The notes: generated by a model not told the origin, from the sequence alone. Positions 40,809-51,030 are shown, numbered from the stretch's first letter. The stretch: 64,000 bases of DNA from Candidatus Shapirobacteria bacterium (GCA_030698565.1 JAUYJS010000005.1:90497-154496), one strand, 5' to 3'. Numbers and translations are program-made.

Positions 40809-41693
40809 ATGAGATATTGGAAAAAATGGCCTATTAACCAGATCAATGTAGATGATGAAAGATTTCCGAAATATTTAAAATCGATTAAAACATGTCCTAA
40901 AAAATTATTTTTTAGAGGTAATTGGAACTCAAATATTTTTGAAAAAACTATTGGCGTGGTTGGCAGTAGACGAATTACCAGATATGGCCGTGATGTAATT
41001 GCAAAATTTGTACCAACTTTTGTCGGTAATAAAATTACAATAATTTCTGGATTCATGTATGGAGTCGACAGTGAAGCTCATAAAACATGTGTTGAAAACG
41101 GTGGAAAAACGATAGCTGTTTTAGGCGGTGGACTTAATTATATTTATCCTCCGGAAAATGATAATTTATATTCTTTGATTTTAGAAAACGGCGGATTAGT
41201 ATTGTCTGAATACGAAGCTGATTTTAAACCAACTTTATGGAGTTTTCCTCAAAGAAATAGAATTGTATCGGCCTTATCGACCATAGGAATTCTGGTTATT
41301 GAAGCTGGTTTAAATTCAGGCAGTTTAATTACGGCAAAAATTGCCAAAAAGCAGGGTAAAAAAATATTTTCAATTCCGGGTCAAATTAATTCTTCAACGT
41401 CTACTGGAACTAATTGGTTAATTAAAAATTATAATGGGATTCTGGTGAGCAGTCCTGATGATATTTTGGAGAGTAGTTTTAAAATTAACGCTACTCAAAT
41501 TGATTTGTTTGAGCCGGATTTAAGTGAGATTGAAAGAAAAATAATCGGTTTATTGAAGAGTGAAGAATTAAGCGTCGACGAATTGTCGATTAAATTAAAT
41601 TTAGCAATTGCTGATATTTCAATTAATTTATCAATGTTATTAATGAAGAATTTGATTGAGGAAGAAGCGGGGAAAGTTTATTTAAAAAATTAA
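40809..41693 (+). CDS. dprA: DNA-processing protein DprA
   Basis: VVGSR, ISG..YGVD, FPQRNRI and GSLITA motifs. Confidence 0.95.
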   Translation: MRYWKKWPINQINVDDERFPKYLKSIKTCPKKLFFRGNWNSNIFEKTIGVVGSRRITRYGRDVIAKFVPTFVGNKITIISGFMYGVDSEAHKTCVENGGKTIAVLGGGLNYIYPPENDNLYSLILENGGLVLSEYEADFKPTLWSFPQRNRIVSALSTIGILVIEAGLNSGSLITAKIAKKQGKKIFSIPGQINSSTSTGTNWLIKNYNGILVSSPDDILESSFKINATQIDLFEPDLSEIERKIIGLLKSEELSVDELSIKLNLAIADISINLSMLLMKNLIEEEAGKVYLKN

Positions 41694-42830
41694 TTAAAGA
41701 TACGGTGCCCAATTAGCGATCGGGGCGACATTGCCAACAACAAAGTTGATGGCATATAGAATAATGGCTGGCAAAAGTAATAGAAAGACGACCTTGAAAT
41801 ATGTTTTGGTTAATGGGTTTTTGTAAGCTAAAAATAAGAAAGGGTAAACCGGAGCAATGTAGCGACTAATATCGCGATGAGCTACTAATAAAGTAGCAAA
41901 AGTAAAGACGACCGGATAAACGGCGATTATATCGAATTTATACTTTTTGATTAATCGATAGACACCATAAAGCGCCAAAAGATAAATATAAACTACATCC
42001 TCTAACCAAATAGTATTTATCCAAGATTTGGTGCTGATAAAAACTAAATATGGCAATTTGTTTAAATGAAAATTATCGCCACTATGAAAATAAGCCCAGA
42101 AGTCACCTGTTTCTAATTTGTAAAAGTAAAATATGCCAAGAACAGTCAATGGCATTAGAACGAACGCCCAATATTTTTTCAAGACCTGTGCAAGGTTTTT
42201 GGTTTTAATAAGTTCATAAATAGCTAAAATGCCATACGATATTAAAAGAAGGATTCCAGGACTTTTGAATAATTGACTCATGGCAGCAAAAACCGCCGCG
42301 AGAAAATATTTTTTATTTTTAAAATAGATGATCGAGGCTAAGGTACTAAATATAAACCAGCTTTCGGGAGCGCCGATTTGACGTAGGACAAATAATCTGG
42401 CGGGGAAGAAAATCAAAAGTGCGGCAAGCCAGAAAGCTTTTGATTCTTTCATAAACATTTTGAAAAATTCAAAACTGACCAATGAGAGAATGATAGAACC
42501 CAAAAGAGAAGAAAATAACATGGCTTTGGGGCCGGTGGTAAAGAGATTAAGGGCACTGATCAACAAGGGGAACCCGGGTAAATGGGCTGGGTAATATTCA
42601 AGAGGTTGGGGTAAAGAAAAATTTGGCCCGATACAGTTCTTGTCATAGCCGCACTTGGAAATGACCATGTAGTTGGGACCATCGTAATTAGCAAAGACAG
42701 TTTCCAAAGTAACATTGGGAAAACCAATTTTGGAAGGAATGTTTTTGTAGAAGATAAACCAGAATAAAAGTGTCGAAGTAAGAGTAATTAAGGCTAAGAC
42801 ATAATATTTTGAAAATTTGGTAAAATGCAT
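41694..42830 (-). CDS. GT-C fold membrane glycosyltransferase (mannosyltransferase-like)
   Basis: NYDGP.Y, PGFPLLI and ES motifs; polytopic. Confidence 0.65.
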   Translation of the reverse strand: MHFTKFSKYYVLALITLTSTLLFWFIFYKNIPSKIGFPNVTLETVFANYDGPNYMVISKCGYDKNCIGPNFSLPQPLEYYPAHLPGFPLLISALNLFTTGPKAMLFSSLLGSIILSLVSFEFFKMFMKESKAFWLAALLIFFPARLFVLRQIGAPESWFIFSTLASIIYFKNKKYFLAAVFAAMSQLFKSPGILLLISYGILAIYELIKTKNLAQVLKKYWAFVLMPLTVLGIFYFYKLETGDFWAYFHSGDNFHLNKLPYLVFISTKSWINTIWLEDVVYIYLLALYGVYRLIKKYKFDIIAVYPVVFTFATLLVAHRDISRYIAPVYPFLFLAYKNPLTKTYFKVVFLLLLPAIILYAINFVVGNVAPIANWAPYL

Positions 42831-42851
42831 CTATCTGATTGTACAATATCT

Positions 42852-42923
42852 GGCCCCATCGTCTAGTGGTTCGGACACCAGGTTCTCATCCTGGTAACCG
42901 GAGTTCAATTCTCCGTGGGGTCA
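42852..42923 (+). tRNA. tRNA-Glu(CTC)
   Basis: GGCCCCA/TGGGGTC acceptor stem, CCAGG-TTCTCAT-CCTGG anticodon arm, TTCAA T-loop; CCA not encoded. Confidence 0.96.
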
Positions 42924-42986
42924 CACTTTTTTTTATAGGTCAAAAACGTGAAGATACCCTATATTTTGCTTATTTTCACGGTTATG

Positions 42987-43015
42987 TTGACAAAATCGTG
43001 AATAATCTCTATAAT
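42987..43015 (+). promoter_or_regulatory. Consensus sigma70 promoter of fic
   Basis: TTGACA-N17-TATAAT, 8 nt before the ATG. Confidence 0.85.
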
Positions 43016-43023
43016 TTGAGCAT

Positions 43024-43902
43024 ATGACTAAAATATCTAATGTTTTTAATAAAATAAATTCGCTTCGTCAAAGATATTATCAAGCTTTTAATGGTAAAGA
43101 TGCCCTTATTCAGCTTATTAGCGAGTCGGAAGTGGCTGAACAAGTTTATAATTCTAATGCTATTGAAAATAGTACTCTGACTCTTGAAGAAACTGAAAAA
43201 ATTCTTTTACAGATTGATTTGGACAGGTATATTACTGAACGGGAAATTTTTGAAGCTAAGAATTTGGCTCGAGTGGTTATTTATATAGATAAGAAAGCTA
43301 AAGAACAAGAACTTAATTTGGAGATGATTTTATCGCTTCATAAAATGCTGATTTCTAATATTCGAGATGATATTGCTGGAAGATTTAGAAAAGAAAATGA
43401 ATTTGTTCGAGTCGGTAGTTATATTGCTCCAAACCCAAAAGAAGTGATTGAGAGGCTTGAAAAAATGTTATCTGAATATAATGCCAGTAATAATGAAAAT
43501 ATTATTAAGCGTATTGCTCGTTTACATTTAACATTTGAATGTACTCATCCTTTTATTGATGGTAATGGTCGAATTGGTAGAGTTATTAATAACTATTTAT
43601 TAATAAGGGAGGGATTTGTACCTATAAATATAAAGTTTATTAATCGACAAAAATATTATGATGCTTTTAAGGAGTTTGAAGAAAAACAGACAACAACAAT
43701 TATGGAAGATATAGTAGGAAAAGCATTAACTAATAGTTATTATAAAAGATTAGCTTATTTAGAAGGTAAAAAAATCATCACTTTAATCGATTATGCTAAT
43801 AATAATAAACTTTCACACTCAAACCTTTTAAATAAGGCTGGTAGACAAACTATTGAAGCTTTTTTAGAAAAAAATGTTTGGAAAATTGGGGTTGATCAGT
43901 AA
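43024..43902 (+). CDS. Fic family AMPylase (class II)
   Basis: HPFIDGNGRIGR catalytic motif and SNAIEN inhibitory motif. Confidence 0.93.
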   Translation: MTKISNVFNKINSLRQRYYQAFNGKDALIQLISESEVAEQVYNSNAIENSTLTLEETEKILLQIDLDRYITEREIFEAKNLARVVIYIDKKAKEQELNLEMILSLHKMLISNIRDDIAGRFRKENEFVRVGSYIAPNPKEVIERLEKMLSEYNASNNENIIKRIARLHLTFECTHPFIDGNGRIGRVINNYLLIREGFVPINIKFINRQKYYDAFKEFEEKQTTTIMEDIVGKALTNSYYKRLAYLEGKKIITLIDYANNNKLSHSNLLNKAGRQTIEAFLEKNVWKIGVDQ

Positions 43903-43981
43903 AAACTTGTCCATTTTTCTGTATAAATTATATATACAATATTTTCGTTAATAAAATAAATAATTTCAAAATTAAATATTA

Positions 43982-44007
43982 GAGTTCGATTCTCCGTGGG
44001 GTCACAC
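43982..44007 (+). repeat. Displaced copy of the tRNA-Glu 3' end (attR-like)
   Basis: 25/26 nt identical to 42901-42926. Confidence 0.93.
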
Positions 44008-44133
44008 ATTGGGACTAAGGTACTACTAAATGGTGGTTTTATTCCTAAATATGGGGCTAATTTTGGAGTTCCAGAAGTTAAATCTGAGTATGTAGGTGGA
44101 CTATCAAAGATAAGACCAAAGAAGGCAGCTCTT

Positions 44134-45300
44134 TTAAGTAGCTGTTTTAAATTCGTTTAAGATGGTTTCCCTAACCATTTTTGAATTTTCATTATCAGCA
44201 CCTAAATGTGCTTGGTTATGCATAGAAAAAACCTTGTTCAAAATTCCACTTTTACGGTTTTTATTGGTGGTCCTTCTTAAATCACCGGGGAGTATTTGTC
44301 TTCCTCTCTTAACGAAATATCTAACCATTTTTAGAACTTCTTGGTCTTTATAATTTATTAAAATTGTTTTAATAACTCTTTCGATTTCGGCCGGTTCTCC
44401 TGTTCCTTTTGATCTTTGAATTTCCATGAAAGCCGTACTAATTAAAAGTTCAACAATGTCGATTGCCTTTTGTTCTCTTTCAATAATTTTCTTTACCCTA
44501 CCTTTGGCAATATCTATCTCTCCAACCTTTAATGTTATGTTTTCGGCTTCCATTTCTAATTTAAAAGCTTTTTCTTTCTTTACAATTTCAACCATTTGTT
44601 GATGCAAGGAATCTGTTCTTCTTTCTGACGGAGTAAGAATTATATCGGGAATATTTAGAACTGGATTTGAAACTTTCACTGCTTCTATTTCGGGGTGTTC
44701 TGAATCAGGTGTTGTCTTTATTGTTTCAGCATTTTGAAACATAACATCGCCTACGATGTCTCCTATTGGTCCAAATTGTTGGTGAACTGAGTCTATATAT
44801 TTTGTTTCCTCTGCAAGCGCCTGAAATCTATCTATCGCTTGTAATTTGGATGATCCAATTTTGTTTGCTGCAAAAATATCGGCAATAGCAATTCCTTTTG
44901 TGAGTATTTCAGGTTTTTTAATTACTATACCGTCTTTATATGGACCGTAATATTCGGATAGCCCGAGCCTTTCCACATTTACAGCAATTTCTTCTGGTGT
45001 GCCGCGTCGTCTCATAGGTTCTGCATGAAACACAAACCCTAATAATTTACCAAAATGATTTTTAGCCATACTTATAAAATCCTGTACATAATGATCGTCC
45101 CATTGTCTTAGGATCCTATCACCCCAAACATCTATTTTATCTATAAAACTAGAATGCATGTCGTAGACCAACTCGCCGTTTATGGTTTTCAGCTTTCCAC
45201 CGTAAACTCCAACTGTGCTCTCATAATCACTCGACGGAAGTGAATTTTTCATTAATTTATTTGATGCTTCTGAAATTCCTCTAGCTATTCTTTCTGCCAT
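44134..45300 (-). CDS. Hypothetical protein
   Basis: 388-aa ORF with TATAAT 9 nt upstream of the ATG. Confidence 0.7.
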   Translation of the reverse strand: MAERIARGISEASNKLMKNSLPSSDYESTVGVYGGKLKTINGELVYDMHSSFIDKIDVWGDRILRQWDDHYVQDFISMAKNHFGKLLGFVFHAEPMRRRGTPEEIAVNVERLGLSEYYGPYKDGIVIKKPEILTKGIAIADIFAANKIGSSKLQAIDRFQALAEETKYIDSVHQQFGPIGDIVGDVMFQNAETIKTTPDSEHPEIEAVKVSNPVLNIPDIILTPSERRTDSLHQQMVEIVKKEKAFKLEMEAENITLKVGEIDIAKGRVKKIIEREQKAIDIVELLISTAFMEIQRSKGTGEPAEIERVIKTILINYKDQEVLKMVRYFVKRGRQILPGDLRRTTNKNRKSGILNKVFSMHNQAHLGADNENSKMVRETILNEFKTAT

Positions 45301-45381
45301 ATGATAGGTATTATACGATATAAAAATTAATTATCAAAATTAAATTTATTTATCTCTTCTTACTCGTTAGATATTTAATAT

Positions 45382-45843
45382 CTATTTTATGTTTATCAAC
45401 TCAACTTCGAATATTAGAGTGGCTTTGGGTGGAATTGCACCTGGGATACCGTTGTCTCCGTAGGCTAAATCAGAAGGGATGGTTAGTTTTCTTTTGCCAC
45501 CAATCTTCATACCAGGAACACCCTGATCCCAACCCTTAATTACTCGCCCAACTCCGATTTCAGTTTCAAAAGGTTGATTTCGGTCGTAAGAACTGTCAAA
45601 TTTTTGGCCATTTTCCAGAGTACCGCTGTAATGCATAACTACTGTATCACCTGATTCAACTTCTTGTCCCTCTCCGATTTTAATGTCTTCTATTTTTAAT
45701 TGATCCATATTTGTTTTAGTGGTTGGTGTAATTTGTAATTGTAAATTGTCTTTTTGAATTGTTTGGGGCTTGTTTGATAGTAATTTAAATAAGCTAGATA
45801 AAACTATTATAACGATAATTAATGCAATAATCTTTTTGGTCAT
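45382..45843 (-). CDS. FKBP-type peptidyl-prolyl isomerase, membrane anchored
   Basis: [19 protein letters not shown] and [13 protein letters not shown] motifs. Confidence 0.95.
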   Translation of the reverse strand: MTKKIIALIIVIIVLSSLFKLLSNKPQTIQKDNLQLQITPTTKTNMDQLKIEDIKIGEGQEVESGDTVVMHYSGTLENGQKFDSSYDRNQPFETEIGVGRVIKGWDQGVPGMKIGGKRKLTIPSDLAYGDNGIPGAIPPKATLIFEVELINIK

Positions 45844-45904
45844 ATATTAAGTTTTATTTAAATAACAATTTAATATATTATCATTTTATTTTTTTCTTAC
45901 CAAC

Positions 45905-46402
45905 TTAATTTGATTTGGTTTTTTTTAGCCAAGAAATGTACTCGAACGAGATATTGTTTTTTTGATTCAAATATGGACCGTCTTTGTTTACAATTTTCCA
46001 GTTTTTGTTGTTAATATCGGGAAAAAAGGTGTCACCCTCAAAAGTAGCGTCGATTTTTGTAATATAAATTTTATCAGCGAAATTTATTGCTTGACTATAT
46101 ATTTCGCCGCCACCGGCTACAAATATTTCTTCACTATTAGTATCTATTAAATTCATTATCTCGTTCCATGAATGACAAACTGCCGCGTTTGTTGCTTTAT
46201 AATTTTTATTTCTAGTTAGAACTATTATTTTTCTATCTGGTAAATCATTTTTTAGGGTTTCAAAAGTCTTCCTCCCCATAACTACAAAATGACCGGTTGT
46301 TTGTTTTTTGAAATGTATTCTGTCTTCAACGATATTCCAAGGAATTTTATTATTGAACCCAATGACATTGTTTTTTGAAACGGCGGCAATCAATGAAATC
46401 AT
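45905..46402 (-). CDS. folA: Dihydrofolate reductase
   Basis: IPW, VMGRKTF, GGGEIY and GDTFFP motifs. Confidence 0.95.
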   Translation of the reverse strand: MISLIAAVSKNNVIGFNNKIPWNIVEDRIHFKKQTTGHFVVMGRKTFETLKNDLPDRKIIVLTRNKNYKATNAAVCHSWNEIMNLIDTNSEEIFVAGGGEIYSQAINFADKIYITKIDATFEGDTFFPDINNKNWKIVNKDGPYLNQKNNISFEYISWLKKTKSN

Positions 46403-47715
46403 TTCTGCTTTAAAATATTTAGAAATTCAGAAATCATGTATAAAGAGCCAGTGACCAAAATACCACAATCTTGACTTTTTTTACACAATTGCTGGGCTCT
46501 TTGATAAGCTTTTTTTAGATCTAATTCAATTATAAAATCTGATTCATTTATGATATTTTTATCTTCTGGATTATAGGTTTTATCCCAACCAAGATCACTA
46601 CTTTTTTTGGATCCAGTGATTATGATTTTTTGACTAATTGATTTTAGAATGCTTAAACTTTGATTAATATCCTCTCTTTTTTTATATCTAAAAATTATAA
46701 TAAATTTTTTGTCTGGATAATAATTTTTAATAGAATCAACAAGAGCTTCGAATTTATCTGGATTGTGAGCCCCATCAATAATACCCGGTGGCTTATCAGA
46801 AAATAATTGAAAACGGCCGGGAATTTTTGTTTTATTAATCCCTGACCTAATTACTTCATTTGAAATTTTTGGAAATTCTAATTTCATATTTAACGCCATA
46901 GCAATAGCTAAGGAAGAGTTGTTTATTTGAAATAAACCAGATAATTGAGTAGTAATACCTGTGAGTCGATTTGCGTCTAAGTCAAAATCAAACTTAGTAG
47001 GTAATATTTGTATATGTTTAATATAAAAATCACGATTTAATAAAAATAATTTGGATTTATTTGCTTCTATTTTTTTGTTCAATATATTGACAAGATCCGG
47101 TTCTTGTATCCCTGAAACTACAATAGAATTCGGTTTAATTATTTCCTGTTTATCTTGCAAAATTAATTCTTTGGTTCCGCCCAATATTCTAGTATGATCA
47201 AGACCAATGTTAGTAATAATTTGATAGTTGGATTTAATGATATTTGTTCCATCTAACTTACCCCCTAATCCAACTTCTAAAACTACGACATCACATTTTT
47301 CTTCAAAAAAATAGACAAAGGCTAATGCTAGTAAAATTTCATAATAAGAAGGTGGAACACCGTACTTTTCTTCAACTTTTTGAAAATTAGGTTGAATTTG
47401 TTTGTATATTTCTTTAAATCTTTTTGGTGAAATGTTGATACCGTTTATCTGAGCTCTTTCCCGAATAGTTATCACGTCTGGAGACAAATGAAGACCTGTT
47501 TTATAACCGGATTCTTTGAGAATTGAAGCTAAAAATGTTGATGTTGATCCTTTGCCGCTAGTTCCACCAACATGAACAAACTTTAAATTATTTTGTGGAT
47601 TACCTAAAATATCCATTAAGTATTTAAACCTGGATAAACCAATATTTTTATTCCATTTTCTATCGCCATGAGGAATAAATGTTTTTAGATACTTAACTAT
47701 TGAGCTATATTTCAT
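46399..47715 (-). CDS. folC: Folylpolyglutamate synthase/dihydrofolate synthase
   Basis: HVGGTSGKGST, EVGLGGKLD.TN, DGAHN and TGSLY motifs. Confidence 0.93.
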   Translation of the reverse strand: MKYSSIVKYLKTFIPHGDRKWNKNIGLSRFKYLMDILGNPQNNLKFVHVGGTSGKGSTSTFLASILKESGYKTGLHLSPDVITIRERAQINGINISPKRFKEIYKQIQPNFQKVEEKYGVPPSYYEILLALAFVYFFEEKCDVVVLEVGLGGKLDGTNIIKSNYQIITNIGLDHTRILGGTKELILQDKQEIIKPNSIVVSGIQEPDLVNILNKKIEANKSKLFLLNRDFYIKHIQILPTKFDFDLDANRLTGITTQLSGLFQINNSSLAIAMALNMKLEFPKISNEVIRSGINKTKIPGRFQLFSDKPPGIIDGAHNPDKFEALVDSIKNYYPDKKFIIIFRYKKREDINQSLSILKSISQKIIITGSKKSSDLGWDKTYNPEDKNIINESDFIIELDLKKAYQRAQQLCKKSQDCGILVTGSLYMISEFLNILKQK

Positions 47716-47717
47716 TT

Positions 47718-48920
47718 TTAGACAGTAAATTGGCCATCTTTATATATAATTATTGTTTCTTTATTATTTAAAGTGGCTGTAACCACCCTGTTTTTCGTAG
47801 AAATAATATCGGTATGTATGACTGAGTCGTTATAGCCCATAGATGTCCATTCTTTTTTGGAAACCTTAGTTAAGTCCCCAGTGTAAGATTCTTTATATGC
47901 CATGCCGAGCGCAATATGGGTATTACCAAACTCTCCCCCAAAGTTTTCATCAAAAAGTGTTTCGGCCATAAATTTATATATGTGAGACATCCTTTTGTCG
48001 GTCAAAGAAAATTCACCTATTTTGTTGGCATTCTTAACTTTAACCATTTCTTCAATTATTTTTTGGCCTTGCTTGGCTTCGACTTTAATTACTATTCCTT
48101 TTTTAAATTCCAACTTAATATCCTTAATTATATTTCCATAACGATAAAGCGGCATGTCAAATGAAATTTGACCTTCGGTTCGGCGCCAATCGGGCGATAT
48201 AAATACTTCAAAGCTAGGAATATTAAGGCCGTCACCACCAATCCAAGATCTATTTTTATCAACTCCAATAATTAAATCGGTTCCATTTGACTCAATATGT
48301 AAGTGGTCTATGTCTAAAGAATTAAGGCTTTTTTTGATGCGATTAATTTCATTTTTAGTATCCTGCCATTTTTTAATTGGATTTGAATCGTCTAAATAGC
48401 ATGCTTTTATAATCTGCTGCCAACATTCTTTGAGTGATAAGCCAGCTTCTTGGGCCATAGCTTCGGTAGCATATAGACCCAAAGTCCAAGTAAATTTATT
48501 TTCAAGTTCTTTTTTGTTACGCCAATCCATATATGGCTTGAGAGATCTGTTTCTCTCCATTATTTTTCTTGGGTCAATTCCCTCTAATTCATGTTTATTG
48601 GTCTCGGCTATTATTGAAATAAAATGATCAGCCTCTTTTATTTTTCCTTTTAAAAAAAAAGATGGGAAAAAAGCGATTTGATCGTCGCTAGCCAAATCAA
48701 AAAAATCCTTCATTAATTCATCTGGAATGTACTGAATAATTGGATGGGCTTCTGCTTTTAATACCGCTTTTTGAAGTGCAATTAATAATGGTTTAGCTGT
48801 CTCTGGAACCTGTAAAAAGACTGTTTCGTTTTTCTTTATACCAGCACCACTGTTTAAAGCATAGTTAACCAAAATATTGGCATAATTATTTAAAATGTTT
48901 TCACTCGGTTGATAAGACAT
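47718..48920 (-). CDS. M29 aminopeptidase (AmpS/AmpT)
   Basis: NIPSFEVF, GEFSL, TLFDEN, HIALG and S.IHTD motifs; ATG 48920 has TATAAT 6 nt upstream. Confidence 0.9.
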   Translation of the reverse strand: MSYQPSENILNNYANILVNYALNSGAGIKKNETVFLQVPETAKPLLIALQKAVLKAEAHPIIQYIPDELMKDFFDLASDDQIAFFPSFFLKGKIKEADHFISIIAETNKHELEGIDPRKIMERNRSLKPYMDWRNKKELENKFTWTLGLYATEAMAQEAGLSLKECWQQIIKACYLDDSNPIKKWQDTKNEINRIKKSLNSLDIDHLHIESNGTDLIIGVDKNRSWIGGDGLNIPSFEVFISPDWRRTEGQISFDMPLYRYGNIIKDIKLEFKKGIVIKVEAKQGQKIIEEMVKVKNANKIGEFSLTDKRMSHIYKFMAETLFDENFGGEFGNTHIALGMAYKESYTGDLTKVSKKEWTSMGYNDSVIHTDIISTKNRVVTATLNNKETIIIYKDGQFTV

Positions 48921-48993
48921 GGCTATATTATAAGTGAAAACTGAATCAAGATAAGCAGTTAAGCTATATTTAATATAAAATAGTTTTATATTT

Positions 48994-49161
48994 ATGCAAA
49001 ACTTAGACGAATTCTTTATTAAAATTAAATTAAATCCAGAACAGTCCACTGCCGTTAGAGAATTTATTATTGACTTACTGGTTGATAATTTAAAATTAAT
49101 GAAAGAAGAATATAACGGTGAAATTGATCGAGCTATTAAAGGTTTATTAGAAGCAAAGTAG
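48994..49161 (+). CDS. Small hypothetical protein (55 aa), not in the ORF track
   Basis: ATG...TAG open frame MQNLDEFFIK...GLLEAK fills the intergenic gap; TAAAAT upstream. Confidence 0.55.
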   Translation: MQNLDEFFIKIKLNPEQSTAVREFIIDLLVDNLKLMKEEYNGEIDRAIKGLLEAK

Positions 49162-49181
49162 CTTAGAAAATTTTATTCGCG

Positions 49182-50603
49182 TTAATCTAAACTTTCGACA
49201 TTTACCCCATAACCCCAATCCACTTCCGGAAATGAGTGTAATAATTTATGGATATAATTTTTTAGTTCGTTGTATTTTGTTTGATTACTTGATTCAAATT
49301 TTATAGTGAGATATGGACCATTTTGAGAATATCTGATTACAAACATAGAATCGGACATATCTAATCTAACTCCGTCACCAGCCCTTTCATCATCAATAAT
49401 TTTTGCATCAGGATAATCTTGCTTTAGTATTTGACTTACCTTTTCTGTTAGCGCAACTTTTTTGTCATCAGCACAGCCAACTTTAATTTCTGGGCTAGAA
49501 ATATATTTGGGTAAGGAGTTGACTGCTTGAGATAAAGTTTGATTGGTTCTAGATAAAAAATCCAGTAATCTCATGGTTGAATAAATACCATCGTCATGGT
49601 TATAAAAATCGGCAGAAAAGAAAAAGTGACCAGATAGTTCACCAATAAAAGCAGCTTTAACTTCTTGGTTTTTTTTCTTCAAAAAAGAATGGCCAGTTCT
49701 CCACATAAATGGAACGCCACCGTGCTTGATGATTGTGTCTTCAACTACTTTTGAACACAAAGTGTTGTACATAATTTTGTCACCGGCATGATGATCCAAA
49801 ACATCACTGGCGAATAAAGCAACTAAAACATCATTCCAAATAATGCCGCCTTTTTCATCGACGATACCAATACGGTCACCATCGGCATCGTAGGTAAAAC
49901 CAATATCAGCGCCGCTTTCTAAAACTTCTTGCGAAATTCTTTTAGCAACTTGAGATTCAGTAGGATCTGGGGTTCCTAGAGGAAACGACGAATCAATATT
50001 GCAATTTTTTTCGATAACTTCAAAACCGGCTTTTTTTAGAATTATAGGGACAAGTGCGCCGGCAGTAGTACAACTAGGATCAACCAAAACCTTCATAGAT
50101 TTAAAATTAGAAAATCTTTTTAAAATGTCATCAAAATAAGCTTCGTTTATTTCCTGAAAAGTAACGTTACCGATTTTCTCTCCCGCCAAATAATCTTCTG
50201 ATTCGACTAAACTATAAATTTCTTGGATACCGTCACTAACCAGCGTTTCTGAAAAATCAGCCGCTAATTTAAAACCGTTATATTCTGCTGGATTATGGGA
50301 AGCGGTAATAAATGCTCCACCCTTTCTGTTTAAATAATATTGAGCCCAATAAAAAGTTCCGACCATAGTCAAACCAATATTAATTACGTCTATTCCTGTC
50401 CAGTTAAGTCCTTTTATAAATGCATCTGAATATTCTTTGCTACTAGCCCGACAATCATAGCCAACAACGGCCTCGAAAATACCTCTTTTTTTTAGATATG
50501 TTCCGTGGGCTCTACCAATATGCTCCGCAATTTCTGAATTCAAATCTTGATTAACAATTCCTCGAATATCATAACCACGAAAAATACTTTTATTTACTTG
50601 CAT
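49182..50603 (-). CDS. Phosphomannomutase/phosphoglucomutase
   Basis: FRGYDIRG, TASHNP, DADGDR and GELSGH motifs. Confidence 0.95.
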   Translation of the reverse strand: MQVNKSIFRGYDIRGIVNQDLNSEIAEHIGRAHGTYLKKRGIFEAVVGYDCRASSKEYSDAFIKGLNWTGIDVINIGLTMVGTFYWAQYYLNRKGGAFITASHNPAEYNGFKLAADFSETLVSDGIQEIYSLVESEDYLAGEKIGNVTFQEINEAYFDDILKRFSNFKSMKVLVDPSCTTAGALVPIILKKAGFEVIEKNCNIDSSFPLGTPDPTESQVAKRISQEVLESGADIGFTYDADGDRIGIVDEKGGIIWNDVLVALFASDVLDHHAGDKIMYNTLCSKVVEDTIIKHGGVPFMWRTGHSFLKKKNQEVKAAFIGELSGHFFFSADFYNHDDGIYSTMRLLDFLSRTNQTLSQAVNSLPKYISSPEIKVGCADDKKVALTEKVSQILKQDYPDAKIIDDERAGDGVRLDMSDSMFVIRYSQNGPYLTIKFESSNQTKYNELKNYIHKLLHSFPEVDWGYGVNVESLD

Positions 50604-50696
50604 GATTTTTTTTAACTATTTAATGTTGGTATTTTAAAATATATCACAAAAAAATATGGGTTGCTTATTTTTGGGGCAATTTTGTTAAAATCAGTC

Positions 50697-51029
50697 ATGG
50701 AACAAATAGATTATGCCGATTTTGCCAAAGTTGAGTTTCAAATTGGTCAAATAATTGAGGCAGAGAAACTAGAAGCATCAGAAAAATTAGTTAAAATGAA
50801 GGTTGATTTTGGTGAAGCCGGAATTAAAACAGTATTCTCGGGAATTTATAAATGGTATAAACCGGAAGATTTATTGAATAAAAAATCTGTTTTCGTGGTC
50901 AATATTAAACCTTTAAAAATTGTGGGCGAATTGTCAGAAGCCATGATTTTTGCCGCTTCAGGTGAAGATGAAAGTGTCAGCTTATTACTTCTTGATAAAG
51001 ATTTACCTATTGGTTCAAAGGTATTTTAA
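50697..51029 (+). CDS. Stand-alone tRNA-binding OB-fold protein (Trbp111/MetRS C-terminal-like)
   Basis: DFAKV...G.I..AE, KL....VD.G and SEAMI motifs; ATG 50697. Confidence 0.85.
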   Translation: MEQIDYADFAKVEFQIGQIIEAEKLEASEKLVKMKVDFGEAGIKTVFSGIYKWYKPEDLLNKKSVFVVNIKPLKIVGELSEAMIFAASGEDESVSLLLLDKDLPIGSKVF

Positions 51030-51030
51030 T

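Noticed and set aside
40622-41056. 144-aa minus-strand ORF
   Set aside because: Antisense to yraN and dprA; no motif
42839-43027. 62-aa ORF
   Set aside because: Overlaps tRNA-Glu; shadow ORF
48921-49049. N-terminal extension of the aminopeptidase ORF
   Set aside because: Family-like sequence starts at ATG 48920 with its own -10 box; the region holds an opposite-strand small ORF
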